Source: Candidatus Omnitrophota bacterium (GTDB lineage Bacteria > Omnitrophota > Gorgyraeia > Zapsychrales > Fredricksoniimonadaceae). From it: a DNA stretch of 64,000 nucleotides. Both the position numbers and the translations under genes were made by a program. The notes under the pieces are model-generated. The model was not told where the DNA came from. It saw only the letters and a list, made by a program, of their open reading frames with translations, and ran no database searches. Of this stretch, positions 42,689-53,124 are shown piece after piece. How positions within the stretch are numbered: the stretch's first letter is position 1; each line of letters begins with the position of its first letter. The stretch spans positions 77,160-141,159 of the forward strand of contig JADFZK010000001.1 in the NCBI GenBank assembly GCA_015232565.1. Reading direction: 5' to 3'.

Positions 42689-43708
42689 ATGAAAAAGATG
42701 ACCGGCTTGTTTTTCAAGAATAAATGGGCGCTGGCGGCGCTCTGGGCTCTGGGTGTGCTATATGCCGGAGCTTTACTGGCCGATTTTGTGGCGCCGTACT
42801 CTTTTAAGGACGAGGCGCGGGACCTGTCTTATTGCCCGCCTACCGCGATCCAGGTGGTCCATGATGGCAAATTGCGTTCGCCCTTTGTTTATGGCCGCAA
42901 GTTGACGTTTAACGAATACCGCCAGCGGATATATGTAACGGACCAGACTGTTTTGTATGCGGTCAAGTTCTTTACTCCCAGGCTTTTTACGGTTGAGGCT
43001 CCGGGCCGGGTATATTTGCTGGGCGCAGATAGCCGCGGGCGCGATATATTGTCGCGCATTATTTATGGGGCGCGGGTATCTTTGACCATTGGTTTGATCG
43101 GCGTGCTGATCTCTTTTGCCCTCGGGTTGCTGGTGGGTGGTATCGCCGGGTATTATGGCGGACGGGTAGATAATGTGTTGATGCGGCTGTGCGAAGTGTT
43201 GATGATGGCTCCGGGTTTTTATTTGTTATTGGCCTTGCGTGCCGCAGTGCCGGATAACTTTAATTCGGTGCAGGTATACTTTTCTATTGTGATAATCTTG
43301 TCAGTGATCGGCTGGGCGGGTTTGGCCAGGGTAGTGCGCGGGATGTGCCTGTCTTTACGGGAACGGGATTATGTGCTGGCGGCAAAGACTTTTGGCTTGA
43401 GTGACTTACAGATAATTGTCCGTCATATTCTACCGCATACGGTGTCGTATTCGATCGCCGCGGTCATGTTATCGATACCAGGCTATATTCTGGGTGAGTC
43501 GGCTCTAAGCCTCATAGGTTTGGGGATACAGGATCCTTATGCCAGCTGGGGCAATATGCTGTCGGACGCGATGAGTATAGTGCGTATCAAGTTCGCGCCC
43601 TGGATCCTGTGGCCCGCGTTCTTTATTTTTGTGAGTGTGGTATGTTTTAATGTGATCGGCGATGCACTGCGTGATGTTTTGGACCCTATGATAAAGCGGG
43701 ATACATGA
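42689..43708 (+). CDS. Peptide/nickel ABC transporter permease (OppC/DppC-like)
   Basis: LGADSRGRDILSRIIYGARVSL, RHILP, ESALSLIGLG and SWG.ML motifs. Confidence 0.92.
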   Translation: MKKMTGLFFKNKWALAALWALGVLYAGALLADFVAPYSFKDEARDLSYCPPTAIQVVHDGKLRSPFVYGRKLTFNEYRQRIYVTDQTVLYAVKFFTPRLFTVEAPGRVYLLGADSRGRDILSRIIYGARVSLTIGLIGVLISFALGLLVGGIAGYYGGRVDNVLMRLCEVLMMAPGFYLLLALRAAVPDNFNSVQVYFSIVIILSVIGWAGLARVVRGMCLSLRERDYVLAAKTFGLSDLQIIVRHILPHTVSYSIAAVMLSIPGYILGESALSLIGLGIQDPYASWGNMLSDAMSIVRIKFAPWILWPAFFIFVSVVCFNVIGDALRDVLDPMIKRDT

Positions 43709-44490
43709 ATAATCTCCTGGAAGTGCAAGGTTTGTCAGTCAGTTTGCCGCAATCTGGCGTTGCCGGAGCCAGGAGTGTGCTGAGTAATGTTTCTTTTGCA
43801 GTGTCGCGCGGTGCTGTTTTGGGTATTGTGGGTGGTTCAGGGAGCGGCAAAACCACCCTGGGTCTGGCGTTGTTGGGGCTTTTGCCCTCGGTAATGGTCC
43901 TGGCGGGCGGACAAGTGATATTTGATGGCCGAGAGTTGACGAAACTCTCGCCGGAAGAATGGCGGGCGTTGCGTGGGGCAGGCATCAGCATGGCCTTTCA
44001 GGAGCCGATGAGCGCGTTTGATCCGGTGATGACCATTGGCGCCCAGATCCAGGAGACCGTGTTGGCACATGAAAAAATTTCGTCTGCGGCGGCGCGCGAG
44101 CGTGCTTTGGAAGCTTTGCGTCTTTCCGGGTTGGCCGATCCTGTGCGGATAGCCGCGGCCTATGCTTTTGAATTAAGCGGCGGCTTGCGCCAGCGCGCGA
44201 TGATCGCGCAGGCGCTGGCCTGTCGTCCCGCGCTGTTAATTGCCGACGAGCCTACCAGCAGTCTGGATGTTAATACCCAGGAAAAGATCCTGGAGCTTTT
44301 TCAGGAGTTGCGCCGTTCTTTGGGGTTGTCGATAATTATCATTACGCACGATCTGGGGGTGGTGCGCCGGACGGCGGATGAAGTGGTGGTGTTATGCCGC
44401 GGCGTAGTCGTTGAGCAGGGCAAGGTGGCGCAGATGATGAGTGCGCCGCGTGCGGACTACACCCGGTTGCTGCTTGAAGCGGAAGGATGA
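43705..44490 (+). CDS. Peptide/nickel ABC transporter ATP-binding protein (OppD-like)
   Basis: [22 protein letters not shown] and ITHDL motifs. Confidence 0.9.
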   Translation: MNNLLEVQGLSVSLPQSGVAGARSVLSNVSFAVSRGAVLGIVGGSGSGKTTLGLALLGLLPSVMVLAGGQVIFDGRELTKLSPEEWRALRGAGISMAFQEPMSAFDPVMTIGAQIQETVLAHEKISSAAARERALEALRLSGLADPVRIAAAYAFELSGGLRQRAMIAQALACRPALLIADEPTSSLDVNTQEKILELFQELRRSLGLSIIIITHDLGVVRRTADEVVVLCRGVVVEQGKVAQMMSAPRADYTRLLLEAEG

Positions 44491-44496
44491 AATTTC

Positions 44497-45198
44497 ATGC
44501 TTTTGGAATTAAAGGATATCAGCAAGACTTTTTCTGACCGGGCCGGAGGTAAGGTTAAGGCCGTGGATGGGGTTTCTTTGTGTATAACGGCTCAGGAAAG
44601 CTGTGCTATCGTTGGCGAGTCCGGTTGTGGTAAGACCACCCTGGCACGGATCGCCATGGGCCTGGTACGGCCGGATGCCGGCAAGATTTTATTTGAGGGC
44701 CAGCCGGTCTGGGGTGACCGCAAGCGTGAGCAGAATTTCCGCCTCAAGGTGCGGATGGTTTTTCAGGATCCTTTCGCCAGCCTGGACCCGCGGTATTCGG
44801 TGCGGGCTATTTTAGACGAGGCTTTGCATCTTCAGGGGCGTATCAGTCGTGATGAGCGGAAAGTTAAAATGGCGGCCGTTCTGGAGGCGGTCGCTCTGCC
44901 TGCGGATATCCTGTCCCGTTATCCGCATGAATTCAGTGGCGGCGAAAGACAGCGCCTGGCGATCGCCCGGGCCCTGATGACCGACCCCGCCCTGTTAATC
45001 CTTGACGAAGCGGTTTCTTCGCTGGACGTAATTGTGCAGAAAGAAGTCCTGGATTGTCTGGCCGGCTTGCAAAGCGCCAAACAGCTTACCTATCTGTTCA
45101 TTACTCATAATCTTGCGGCCGCGCGCCGTATTACGCGTAAGATCATCGTTATGCGATCTGGTAAAATTATTAACGTCACGGGCGCAAATGATCTATAG
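44497..45198 (+). CDS. Peptide/nickel ABC transporter ATP-binding protein (OppF-like, short)
   Basis: GESGCGKT, FQDPFASLDP, YPHEFSGGERQR, LDEAVSSLD and ITHNL motifs. Confidence 0.9.
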   Translation: MLLELKDISKTFSDRAGGKVKAVDGVSLCITAQESCAIVGESGCGKTTLARIAMGLVRPDAGKILFEGQPVWGDRKREQNFRLKVRMVFQDPFASLDPRYSVRAILDEALHLQGRISRDERKVKMAAVLEAVALPADILSRYPHEFSGGERQRLAIARALMTDPALLILDEAVSSLDVIVQKEVLDCLAGLQSAKQLTYLFITHNLAAARRITRKIIVMRSGKIINVTGANDL

Positions 45199-45227
45199 TA
45201 GTGTTTTGGCAACAGGAGGTTGTATTA

Positions 45228-45845
45228 ATGGCAGGTTCGATCGTTCCGGGTAACGCAACGTTGCAAACCATCAATGATCGCCGCAGTACCAGGATGTTCC
45301 TGGACACTCCGGTTTCGGAAGATGATATCCGCACTATTTTGGACGCGGCACATCAGGCGCCTTCGGCGCACAATCAGCAGTCCTGGCGTTTTATTGTCAT
45401 TAGCGGGGCGCAGAAAGACGCGTTTGCCGCATTGATCAATGATAAAGCCGCCGATTTCCCCAAGCCTTCCTCAACTTTGTTACGCCTGGCGTCACGCGCT
45501 GTTAATTCCGCTCCGGTGGTGGTGGGGATCGCCAATTCCGGCGAGCTGATCTCCCGCGGAGCGGGTTTGTTCAATCTGGATGATTCGGCGGCCTTCGATT
45601 TTTTCCGGGTCATGGAGATCCAGAGCTCGGCCGCAGCGGTGCAGAATTTATTGCTGGCCGCCACTTCCCTGGGGCTTTCCACGGTTTGGCTGGGGGTCCT
45701 GGTGCTCATTAAGGCTGATATCCTGAAGTTCATCGGCGAGCCTCAAGGTGAGTTCATGGCTGTTATCCCGGTAGGGTATTCGGTGCCGTCCACCAGCGGC
45801 CCAAAAAAGAAAGCGCTGGATATGGTTATTCGGCGTCTTGCATAA
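45228..45845 (+). CDS. Nitroreductase family protein
   Basis: RRSTRMF, APSAHNQQSWRF and QNLLLAATSLGL motifs. AGGAGG RBS upstream of ATG 45228. Confidence 0.9.
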   Translation: MAGSIVPGNATLQTINDRRSTRMFLDTPVSEDDIRTILDAAHQAPSAHNQQSWRFIVISGAQKDAFAALINDKAADFPKPSSTLLRLASRAVNSAPVVVGIANSGELISRGAGLFNLDDSAAFDFFRVMEIQSSAAAVQNLLLAATSLGLSTVWLGVLVLIKADILKFIGEPQGEFMAVIPVGYSVPSTSGPKKKALDMVIRRLA

Positions 45846-45865
45846 CTTGAACAGGCGGTCATCAT

Positions 45866-48004
45866 ATGAGCATTGATTTCTTTCGCAAACTTAACTGGGC
45901 TTTCGGGCTGATCGCGCTGGGCATTTTGTTCGGCGTCATACTCTTTGCCGCTACGGTCGAGGTCAAAGACCTGGACCTTTGGCTGCATTTGAGAATGGGC
46001 GAATACATTGTCCGCTACGGCTATGTGCCTTCGTTCGATGTCCTTTCGGCTTCATTCTTTGGCCAGCCGTGGGTGAATCATGAATGGCTTTTTCAGGTGG
46101 TGGTCCATTTGGTGCGCCAGGGCTGGGGCATGGATGGGCTTATTTACATGCAGGCCGGGCTGGTGCTGGTTACGTTTTTGCTGGCTTTGTTGCTGGTGTA
46201 CGACAAGGATCGTCAGCTGGTGCTGATCCCGTTTCTTTTTCTGGTCTTACAGATCTATCAAACTCGTTTTACGATCCGTCCGGATATCTTCAGCCTGTTC
46301 TTTTTTATCTGCTACATTGTGATCCTCTCGTCGCATTTGCACAAGCGCTGGTCGGTGTGGGCGCTGTTCATTTTGCAGGTAATTTGGACGAACATGCACG
46401 GGTATTCCTTGTGGGGTATCATTTTTGTCCTCATCGGCCTGGCCGCCGAGGCGCTCAAGCGCCGGGTGCCTTTGCCGTATCAGTGGAATGTGATCGGCCG
46501 TTTGACTGATGATGAGTTTCAGCGCCTGGGGCTCATTGCCGCCGCTTTGCTCGCCGCCATGTTCTTTAATCCGATGGGACTGGAAGGGGCTTTGTACCCT
46601 GTTCGGACGCTGATCGGTATCACCGGGGACTCCCGGGTGTTCTTCGACAGCATCACCGAGCTGCAGCGTTCGCTGTCCTGGAATACGCTTTTCAACATTG
46701 ACGATCAGTGGGCTTTCAAGTCGCTCATTGTGCTTTCTTTCATAAGTTTTATATTTAACCGCCGCAAACTTGATATCAGCGCTCTGATGCTCTGGTTGGT
46801 TTTTCTGCTTTTTTCCATCAGCGCTGTCCGGAACATGACCTATTTTGCTTTTGCGGCTTTTCTGGTTACCGGCTATAACCTGGCCGAGGTCCGGTTTCGG
46901 GATGTGGTGCCTTTGCGTTTCCGGAACATCAAGTTCTTTTTCTTAACCGGCACGGCGGGGGCGTTTTTTCTGGCGCTGTATCTGGTGGACTTTGGCAATA
47001 ATCTGGCCGAACGCGGCTATTATGATTTCGACAAATACCGTCAGAAGAGCGAGTTTCTGGGTGTTTCCCAGCGCAATTTCCCGGATAAGGCCGCGCAGTT
47101 CCTGATCGATAAAAAGATCACGGGTAACTTTTTCAACGATTTTAATTCCGGGGCTTATCTGGTAGGCCGCGTTTGTCCGGGCGTGATGGTTTATATCGAC
47201 GGGCGAACCGAGTTGCGCGGGCCGGTATTCTTCAAAGAGTATCAGAAGATCTGGAATAACGGCGATGCCCAGGCTTTTGAGGCGGTAGTGCGCAGGTATA
47301 ATCTGACCGGCGCTTTTATTAATACCTCCGGACATTTCGCCTCCGAGAAATTCCTTAAGATGCTGGCCGGTAAGCCGGAATGGAAGCCGGTCTATTTTGA
47401 TTACGACGCGCTGGTTTTGTTAAAAGATGTGCCGGGGAACCGGCAATGGATAAAGCAGTATGGCATTAACCTGGCGTCCTGGAAACCTGTGGAGCTTAAC
47501 TTGCAGGAACTGGGCCCGGCGCGCGTGGTGCCTTACCGTTATGTCCGTCGGGCGCGTACTTTGTATGATATGGGTTTTGTGGATCCGGCAGTGCGGGAGG
47601 CTCAGGCGGCGCTGAGGGTATTGCCGGCTTATGACGAAGCTTTCCGGATCCTGGGCGATGCGGCCAGTAAAAAAGGTGATATTATCAAGGCGTTTGAATA
47701 TTATCGCCTGGTCTGTGCGCACGCTGGCGGTGATGCTTTGGCCCGCAAGAAGCTGGCGATGGCGTATTTGACCCTCAACAATCCTGCCAAGGCCGTGGAA
47801 CAGGCCCGGCTGGCGGTAGAACTGGACGGGTCGAGCGTGGAATATAAATATGCCCTGGCCAGGGCGCTGGCGAAAAACAAGCAATTTAAAGAAGGTTATG
47901 ATATATTAGTGCCGATTTTGGCGGACCAAAAAGACTCGTCCGGGATCAAGGAGAAGGCCGGGGTGCTTCTTAAAGAGATAAAGTTACATATGGAGAAGAA
48001 ATAG
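45866..48004 (+). CDS. Polytopic GT-C-like membrane protein with C-terminal TPR repeats
   Basis: [18 protein letters not shown] first loop, IRPDIFS, WTNMHG and YIDGR motifs, then TPR-like helices from about aa 560. Confidence 0.7.
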   Translation: MSIDFFRKLNWAFGLIALGILFGVILFAATVEVKDLDLWLHLRMGEYIVRYGYVPSFDVLSASFFGQPWVNHEWLFQVVVHLVRQGWGMDGLIYMQAGLVLVTFLLALLLVYDKDRQLVLIPFLFLVLQIYQTRFTIRPDIFSLFFFICYIVILSSHLHKRWSVWALFILQVIWTNMHGYSLWGIIFVLIGLAAEALKRRVPLPYQWNVIGRLTDDEFQRLGLIAAALLAAMFFNPMGLEGALYPVRTLIGITGDSRVFFDSITELQRSLSWNTLFNIDDQWAFKSLIVLSFISFIFNRRKLDISALMLWLVFLLFSISAVRNMTYFAFAAFLVTGYNLAEVRFRDVVPLRFRNIKFFFLTGTAGAFFLALYLVDFGNNLAERGYYDFDKYRQKSEFLGVSQRNFPDKAAQFLIDKKITGNFFNDFNSGAYLVGRVCPGVMVYIDGRTELRGPVFFKEYQKIWNNGDAQAFEAVVRRYNLTGAFINTSGHFASEKFLKMLAGKPEWKPVYFDYDALVLLKDVPGNRQWIKQYGINLASWKPVELNLQELGPARVVPYRYVRRARTLYDMGFVDPAVREAQAALRVLPAYDEAFRILGDAASKKGDIIKAFEYYRLVCAHAGGDALARKKLAMAYLTLNNPAKAVEQARLAVELDGSSVEYKYALARALAKNKQFKEGYDILVPILADQKDSSGIKEKAGVLLKEIKLHMEKK

Positions 48005-48006
48005 TT

Positions 48007-49224
48007 ATGTCCAAGCAGGTGCTTACATTCATTCTGGCGGGCGGTAAGGGCGAGCGGTTAAATCCGCTTACGCGCGATCGGGCCAAGCCGGCGGTCCCTT
48101 TTGGCGGGATATACCGGATCATCGATTTTACCCTTTCCAATTGCATCAACTCCGGCCTGCGGCGGATCTTTGTGCTTATTCAGTACAAGTCTTTTTCCTT
48201 ACAGCGGCATATCCTTTCGGGTTGGGATGTGGTATCCAGCCAGCTGGGTGAATTTATCGATGTTATTCCGGCCCAACAGCGCCTGGGTGAGGACTGGTAT
48301 AAAGGTACGGCCGATGCCATCTATCAGAATTTGTATGCCATCAGCGATTACGCTCCGGAGTATATCCTTATACTGGCCGGCGACCATCTTTACAAAATGG
48401 ATTATCAGAAGATGATCGACGATCATATTAAAAACCAGGCCGACGTTACGGTGGCCTGTATCAAGATGCCCAAAGACGAGGCTTCCAGTTTTGGCGTGAT
48501 CGAGGTCGATAAACATAGCTTTATAACCGGTTTTCAGGAAAAGCCGGCGGCTCCCAAGACCGTGCCTAATGAGCCCGACAAGATCTTTGCCTCGATGGGT
48601 ATTTACCTGTTTAGCCGCAAGATGCTGATTTCGGAACTGGAACGCGATTCGCTGGATGTGCGCTCCGACCATGATTTCGGCAAGAATATCATCCCCAAGA
48701 TGCTGGCCGGCAAGAAGAAGATCCTGGCCTATGATTTTGGCCAGCAATCGCATTACTGGCGTGATATCGGGACTCGCGATGCTTATTACGAAGCCAATAT
48801 GGACCTGGTCAGCCTTAAGCCGGCGTTCAACTTGTTCGATAAAGTTTGGCCCCTGCGTACCCATTATTCACATTATCCGCCAGTGTTAATGCGGACGATC
48901 TGCGAGAAAGACCGTTGTGTTACCGGCATGGTGGTGGACTCGATTATTTCTCCCGGCTGTGTGATCGAAGGCGGCCGGGTGGAACGCTCCATACTGTCTT
49001 CCCAGGTGACTTTGCGCCGCGACAGCCTGGTGCAGGACTCGGTTATTATGGAAAGCGTGGTGGTAGGCGAAGGCGCGCAGATCAGGAATGCGATCATCGA
49101 CAAGCAGGTGCATGTCCCGCCCGGCGAGAAGATCGGCTACGACCTGGAGCTGGACCGCAAACGTTTCGCGGTTACCGCTTCCGGCATAGTTATCGTGGCC
49201 AAAAGGACCTCGATCGAGAGCTGA
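48007..49224 (+). CDS. glgC: Glucose-1-phosphate adenylyltransferase
   Basis: [61 protein letters not shown] and YWRDIGT motifs. Confidence 0.96.
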   Translation: MSKQVLTFILAGGKGERLNPLTRDRAKPAVPFGGIYRIIDFTLSNCINSGLRRIFVLIQYKSFSLQRHILSGWDVVSSQLGEFIDVIPAQQRLGEDWYKGTADAIYQNLYAISDYAPEYILILAGDHLYKMDYQKMIDDHIKNQADVTVACIKMPKDEASSFGVIEVDKHSFITGFQEKPAAPKTVPNEPDKIFASMGIYLFSRKMLISELERDSLDVRSDHDFGKNIIPKMLAGKKKILAYDFGQQSHYWRDIGTRDAYYEANMDLVSLKPAFNLFDKVWPLRTHYSHYPPVLMRTICEKDRCVTGMVVDSIISPGCVIEGGRVERSILSSQVTLRRDSLVQDSVIMESVVVGEGAQIRNAIIDKQVHVPPGEKIGYDLELDRKRFAVTASGIVIVAKRTSIES

Positions 49225-49272
49225 GCAAAAATTTTATAAAATATTTTGCTTTCCCGTTATTTGTGGTATTAT
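49224..49272 (+). promoter_or_regulatory. AT-rich near-palindrome plus extended -10 element upstream of the acyl-CoA dehydrogenase/etf operon
   Basis: AGCAAAAATTTTATAAAATATTTTGCT (49224-49250) is a palindrome with one bulge. TGgTATTAT lies at 49264-49272. Confidence 0.4.
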
Positions 49273-49371
49273 TCCTGACATTTGCAGGGTAGGGGTCTTT
49301 CTTCCGGGCCGGCTTTTCATGTATCCGGAGATGGATCAAATCAAAAACAGGGCTTTTTTGGAGAGGTTAAA

Positions 49372-50526
49372 ATGATAGATTATCTTCTTACCGAAGAACA
49401 AACCATGATCCGGGATATGGCCCGTCAGATCACCGATGAAAAGATCCGCCCGGTGGCGGCTGAGTACGATCACACCGAGAAATTCCCATGGGATATTATG
49501 AAGGTCATGGGTAAATCCGACCTTTTTGGTGTTTATATCGATCAAAAGTATGGCGGCATGGGCGGCGGCGTGTTCGAGCTGTGCCTGGCTACCGAAGAAT
49601 TCTCCCGGGGTTGCGCGGGTATCGCTATTTGCTATTCCGCTTCGGCCTTAGGCGCTTACCCTATTATCCTGCATGGTAGTGAAGAACAAAAGATGAAATA
49701 TTTGCCCGCAATCGCCAAAGGCGAGAAGCTGGCGGCTTTTGGTTTAACTGAACCCGCCGCCGGTTCCGATGCCAGTGCTATTCAGACCACGGCCGAGAAA
49801 AAAGGCGATCACTATATCCTCAATGGTACCAAGCACTTTATAACCAATGGTGGTGAGGCCGAGATCTATACCATCATTGCCATGACCGACAAATCCAAGG
49901 GCCCGCGTGGCGCCAGTCTTTTTGTAGTGGAAAAAGGCACTCCGGGTTTTACTTTCGGTAAAAAAGAGGACAAGCTCGGCATTCGCGCTTCCGCCACCCG
50001 GGAGCTGATCTTTGATAATTGCAAGATCCCGAAAGAGAATTTGATCGGTCGGGAAGGTACCGGTTTTATTGCCGCTATGCGGACTTTTGATATGTCACGT
50101 CCGGGCATTGGCGCTCAGGCCGTTGGTATTGCTCAGGGTGCTTTGGATGCCGCGCTCAAATATGCCAAGCAGAGAAAACAGTTTGGCAAATCTATTTCGA
50201 CTTTCCAGGGAATACAGTGGATGCTGGCCGATATGGCCACCGAGACTGAAGCGGCCCGGGCTCTGGTGTATGCTTCGGCCAGGGAAGTTAATGCGGGCAA
50301 GAAAGATGTTGGCACGCATTCGGCTATGGCCAAGTTGTACGCTTCGGATGTGGCTATGAAAGTAGCTACGGACGCGGTGCAGATATTTGGCGGTTATGGT
50401 TACCTCAAGGAGTATCCCGCCGAGAAATATATGCGCGATGCCAAAATAACCCAAATTTACGAAGGTACGAATCAGATCCAGCGCAATATTATCGCCATGG
50501 GCCTGATCAAAGAATCCGCTAAATGA
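49372..50526 (+). CDS. Acyl-CoA dehydrogenase (butyryl-CoA dehydrogenase/CarC-like)
   Basis: FGLTEPAAGSDA, NGTKHFITNG, KLGIRAS.T, RKQFGK, QIFGGYGY and IYEGTNQIQR motifs. GGAGAGG RBS before ATG 49372. Confidence 0.95.
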   Translation: MIDYLLTEEQTMIRDMARQITDEKIRPVAAEYDHTEKFPWDIMKVMGKSDLFGVYIDQKYGGMGGGVFELCLATEEFSRGCAGIAICYSASALGAYPIILHGSEEQKMKYLPAIAKGEKLAAFGLTEPAAGSDASAIQTTAEKKGDHYILNGTKHFITNGGEAEIYTIIAMTDKSKGPRGASLFVVEKGTPGFTFGKKEDKLGIRASATRELIFDNCKIPKENLIGREGTGFIAAMRTFDMSRPGIGAQAVGIAQGALDAALKYAKQRKQFGKSISTFQGIQWMLADMATETEAARALVYASAREVNAGKKDVGTHSAMAKLYASDVAMKVATDAVQIFGGYGYLKEYPAEKYMRDAKITQIYEGTNQIQRNIIAMGLIKESAK

Positions 50527-51305
50527 ATATTATAGTCTGCGTTAAACAGGTACCTGATACCACGGAAGTCAGGATCGATCCGGTCACCAAGAACCTTGTT
50601 AGAGAAGGCGTCAAGGCGATCATTAATCCTTTCGACATGTATGCTATCGAAGAAGGCTTGCGCCTGAAAGAAAAGTTTGGCGGCAAGGTTACGGCTATTA
50701 CCATGGGTCCGCCCCAGGCCGAGGCTATTCTTCGGGAAGCCATTTCCCTGGGTTGCGACGATGTTGTTCTGGTCAGCGACCGCGGCTTTGCCGGGTCGGA
50801 TACTTTGGCTACCGGATACACCTTGTCCAAGGCCATTGAAAAGATCAAGGATTACGATCTTATCATTTGCGGCAAACAGGCCATCGACGGTGATACCGCC
50901 CAGGTGGGGCCGGGCATCGCGGCAACTCTGGATATTGCCCAGATCGCGTATGTGCGCAAAGTCGAAGAGATCAAAGACGGCTACATTACGGCCGAACGGG
51001 CCACCGAAGCGGGCTACGAAGTCGTGCAGTCCAAACTGCCCTGTTTGTTGACGGTGGTAAAGGAGATCAATGATCCGCGCCTGCCTTCTTTGAAAGGCAA
51101 GATGCGGGCCAAGAGCGCGGTGGTTACGGTCTGGAAAGCGGCCGATATCCTGGCGGAAGAGAGCCGTATCGGATTGAAAGGCTCGCCGACCTGGGTGTTG
51201 AACATTTTCACGCCGCCGCCCAGGTCAAAAGGTAAAATCTTTGCGGGAGAACCGCAGGAAGCTGTTGATCAGCTTTTTGAATCAGTGAAAGGCTTGCTAC
51301 ATTAA
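50523..51305 (+). CDS. etfB: Electron transfer flavoprotein beta subunit
   Basis: CVKQVPDT, NPFD, DRGFAGSDT.AT, GKQAIDGDTAQVGP and PRLPSL motifs. Confidence 0.96.
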   Translation: MNIIVCVKQVPDTTEVRIDPVTKNLVREGVKAIINPFDMYAIEEGLRLKEKFGGKVTAITMGPPQAEAILREAISLGCDDVVLVSDRGFAGSDTLATGYTLSKAIEKIKDYDLIICGKQAIDGDTAQVGPGIAATLDIAQIAYVRKVEEIKDGYITAERATEAGYEVVQSKLPCLLTVVKEINDPRLPSLKGKMRAKSAVVTVWKAADILAEESRIGLKGSPTWVLNIFTPPPRSKGKIFAGEPQEAVDQLFESVKGLLH

Positions 51306-51306
51306 A

Positions 51307-52503
51307 ATGAGCGGAATAACAGTCTATAAAGATAAGTGCATCGGTTGCCAGCTGTGCGTAAAGTCCTGTCCTTTCGACGCTATTAAAATGGTTGAAAAGA
51401 AAGCGGTGATCGACCTGGATAAGTGTACCTTGTGCAGTTCCTGCGTGGAAGCCTGCCGCAAGACCGGTGCGATCGAGATCGTGCGCACCACCACCCAGAC
51501 TCCCGATATCGAGAAATACAAAGGGGTATGGGTATTCGTGGAGCAGAGAAAAGGCGTTATTCAGTCGGTGTCGTACGAGCTATTGGGCAAGGCCCGGGAG
51601 CTGGCCGACAAGCTGAAGGTCGAAGTGTCTTGTCTTTTGCTGGGAGCGAATGTTACGAATGTCGCCCAGGACCTGGTGCACCGCGGGGCCGATAAAGTTT
51701 ATGTGGTCGACGACGCGCGCCTGGAAAACTTGCTGGATGAGCCCTACGCGCGTATCGTATCTAATCTTATAAGAAAGCATCGTCCGGAAATCCTTTTGTG
51801 CCCGGCAACCACTATCGGCCGTTCGGTCATCTCTCGCGTTGCCGTTCAGTTGCGTGTGGGTTTAACCGCGGATTGTACCGAGCTGGATGTAAATGTTGCC
51901 GAGCGTTATCTTATGCAGACCCGGCCGGCTTTTGGCGGCAATATCATGGCCACTATTCTTTCCAAGCATCATCGTCCGCAGTTGGCGACGGTGCGCCACA
52001 AGGTGATGAAAGAGGCCGAAGTTGACCTGAAGCGTAAGGGAGTGATAGAGGCTGTAAAATTTGACAATTCTTTCTTTGCTTCCAAGACCAAAGTGCTGAG
52101 CGTGGTTGACGAGGTTACTTCAACTATCAACATAGCCGAAGCCAATGTGATCGTTTCCGGCGGACGGGCTATGGGTAAGGCCGAGAATTTCAAGATTCTC
52201 GAAGATTTGGCCAAGGTGTTAAACGGTGCGGTGGGTGGTTCGCGTGCCGCTATCGACGAGGGTTGGCTGCCGTATTCGCACCAGGTGGGCCAGACCGGTA
52301 AAACAGTTTGTCCAACTATTTATATCGCTTGCGGCATCTCCGGCCAGATCCAGCATTTGGTCGGTATGCAGTCATCCGACATAATTATTGCTATTAACAG
52401 GGACCCTTCCGCACCTATCTTTAACGTTGCTAACTATGGCATTGTAGGCGATCTTTTCGAGATCGTGCCTATGTTGACCAAGCGTTTTAAAGAAGTGCGT
52501 TAA
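51307..52503 (+). CDS. etfA: Electron transfer flavoprotein alpha subunit with N-terminal 2[4Fe-4S] ferredoxin domain
   Basis: CIGCQLCVKSCP and CTLCSSCVEAC clusters, then GLTADCT, RPAFGGN, QVGQTGKTV and GISGQIQH. Confidence 0.95.
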   Translation: MSGITVYKDKCIGCQLCVKSCPFDAIKMVEKKAVIDLDKCTLCSSCVEACRKTGAIEIVRTTTQTPDIEKYKGVWVFVEQRKGVIQSVSYELLGKARELADKLKVEVSCLLLGANVTNVAQDLVHRGADKVYVVDDARLENLLDEPYARIVSNLIRKHRPEILLCPATTIGRSVISRVAVQLRVGLTADCTELDVNVAERYLMQTRPAFGGNIMATILSKHHRPQLATVRHKVMKEAEVDLKRKGVIEAVKFDNSFFASKTKVLSVVDEVTSTINIAEANVIVSGGRAMGKAENFKILEDLAKVLNGAVGGSRAAIDEGWLPYSHQVGQTGKTVCPTIYIACGISGQIQHLVGMQSSDIIIAINRDPSAPIFNVANYGIVGDLFEIVPMLTKRFKEVR

Positions 52504-52505
52504 CC

Positions 52506-52550
52506 CCGGGGCGTTAAGTCCCGGTTAACTTAAGCCCATCGGGTTTCTTC
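52506..52550 (+). terminator. Possible terminator hairpins after etfA
   Basis: CCGGGGC-gttaa-GTCCCGG and AAGCCC-atc-GGGTTT-cttc lie just after the stop codon. The U-tract is weak. Confidence 0.3.
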
Positions 52551-52791
52551 CATAACGAGAATGATTATTTCTTTGTGCGCAAAACTGTATCGCGGCATTG
52601 TCCGCGGTATTATCTTTAATGTGCATGTTTTGCACGTATAGAGATCGCAATGTAACAAGATGGCACTTTTCGCGTGGACGGTTCGGTGATTTCTTTGGTC
52701 AAGTTTTTGGGGTAGAAGCCGGGTTCTCGTCGTTGATTTGGGTTTAAGTGCCGGATTGGCGGTGCGGCATAAATAAAATATTAAACTTCCG

Positions 52792-52820
52792 TTGACGCTT
52801 TTCAGTTCTTTTATTAAAGT
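52792..52820 (+). promoter_or_regulatory. Probable sigma70 promoter for the HTH-smc unit
   Basis: TTGACG (52792-52797), 17-nt spacer, TAAAGT (52815-52820), with an AT-rich UP-like tract upstream and a GGGAGG RBS downstream. Confidence 0.5.
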
Positions 52821-52882
52821 ATCATCGTGGCAAAAGTTTTATAACAGGGATGTATCATTAAACAGGGAGGCTACATACAATT

Positions 52883-53089
52883 ATGGAAAACAACAAGCCT
52901 AATATCGAGCAGATCGGCAGTTTGATGACTATCGATGAAGTGGCCGGTTATTTAAGGGTTAAGAAGCGCACGGTTTACGACTGGGTGAAAAAGGGCAAGA
53001 TCCCGGCTATGAAAACGGTGGGCCTGTGGCGTTTCCGCCGCGACCGCATCGATCAGTGGCTCGAAGCGGATGCCACTGTGGAAGCCTGA
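52883..53089 (+). CDS. Excisionase-like helix-turn-helix DNA-binding protein (HTH_17)
   Basis: LMTIDEVAGYLRV..RTVYDWVKKGKIPA.K..GLWRF.R..ID.WL is the Xis/MerR-like winged HTH pattern. Confidence 0.9.
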   Translation: MENNKPNIEQIGSLMTIDEVAGYLRVKKRTVYDWVKKGKIPAMKTVGLWRFRRDRIDQWLEADATVEA

Positions 53090-53124
53090 TCTTTGTTTGA
53101 GCGTTCATACCAGGAAAGCCTTGC

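Noticed and set aside
49282-49371. N-terminal extension of the acyl-CoA dehydrogenase in the ORF track
   Set aside because: A strong RBS precedes ATG 49372 and family homology starts there (MIDYLLTEEQ).
52621-52635. Palindrome GTGCAtgtttTGCAC and a nearby TGGCAC in the etfA-HTH gap
   Set aside because: The palindrome has only 5-bp arms, and the TGGCAC lacks a correctly spaced -12 GC, so neither is distinguishable from chance.
52883-53089. Excisionase as evidence of a prophage or integrative element
   Set aside because: No integrase, att-like repeats, tRNA or phage genes nearby, and it is flanked by etfA and smc.
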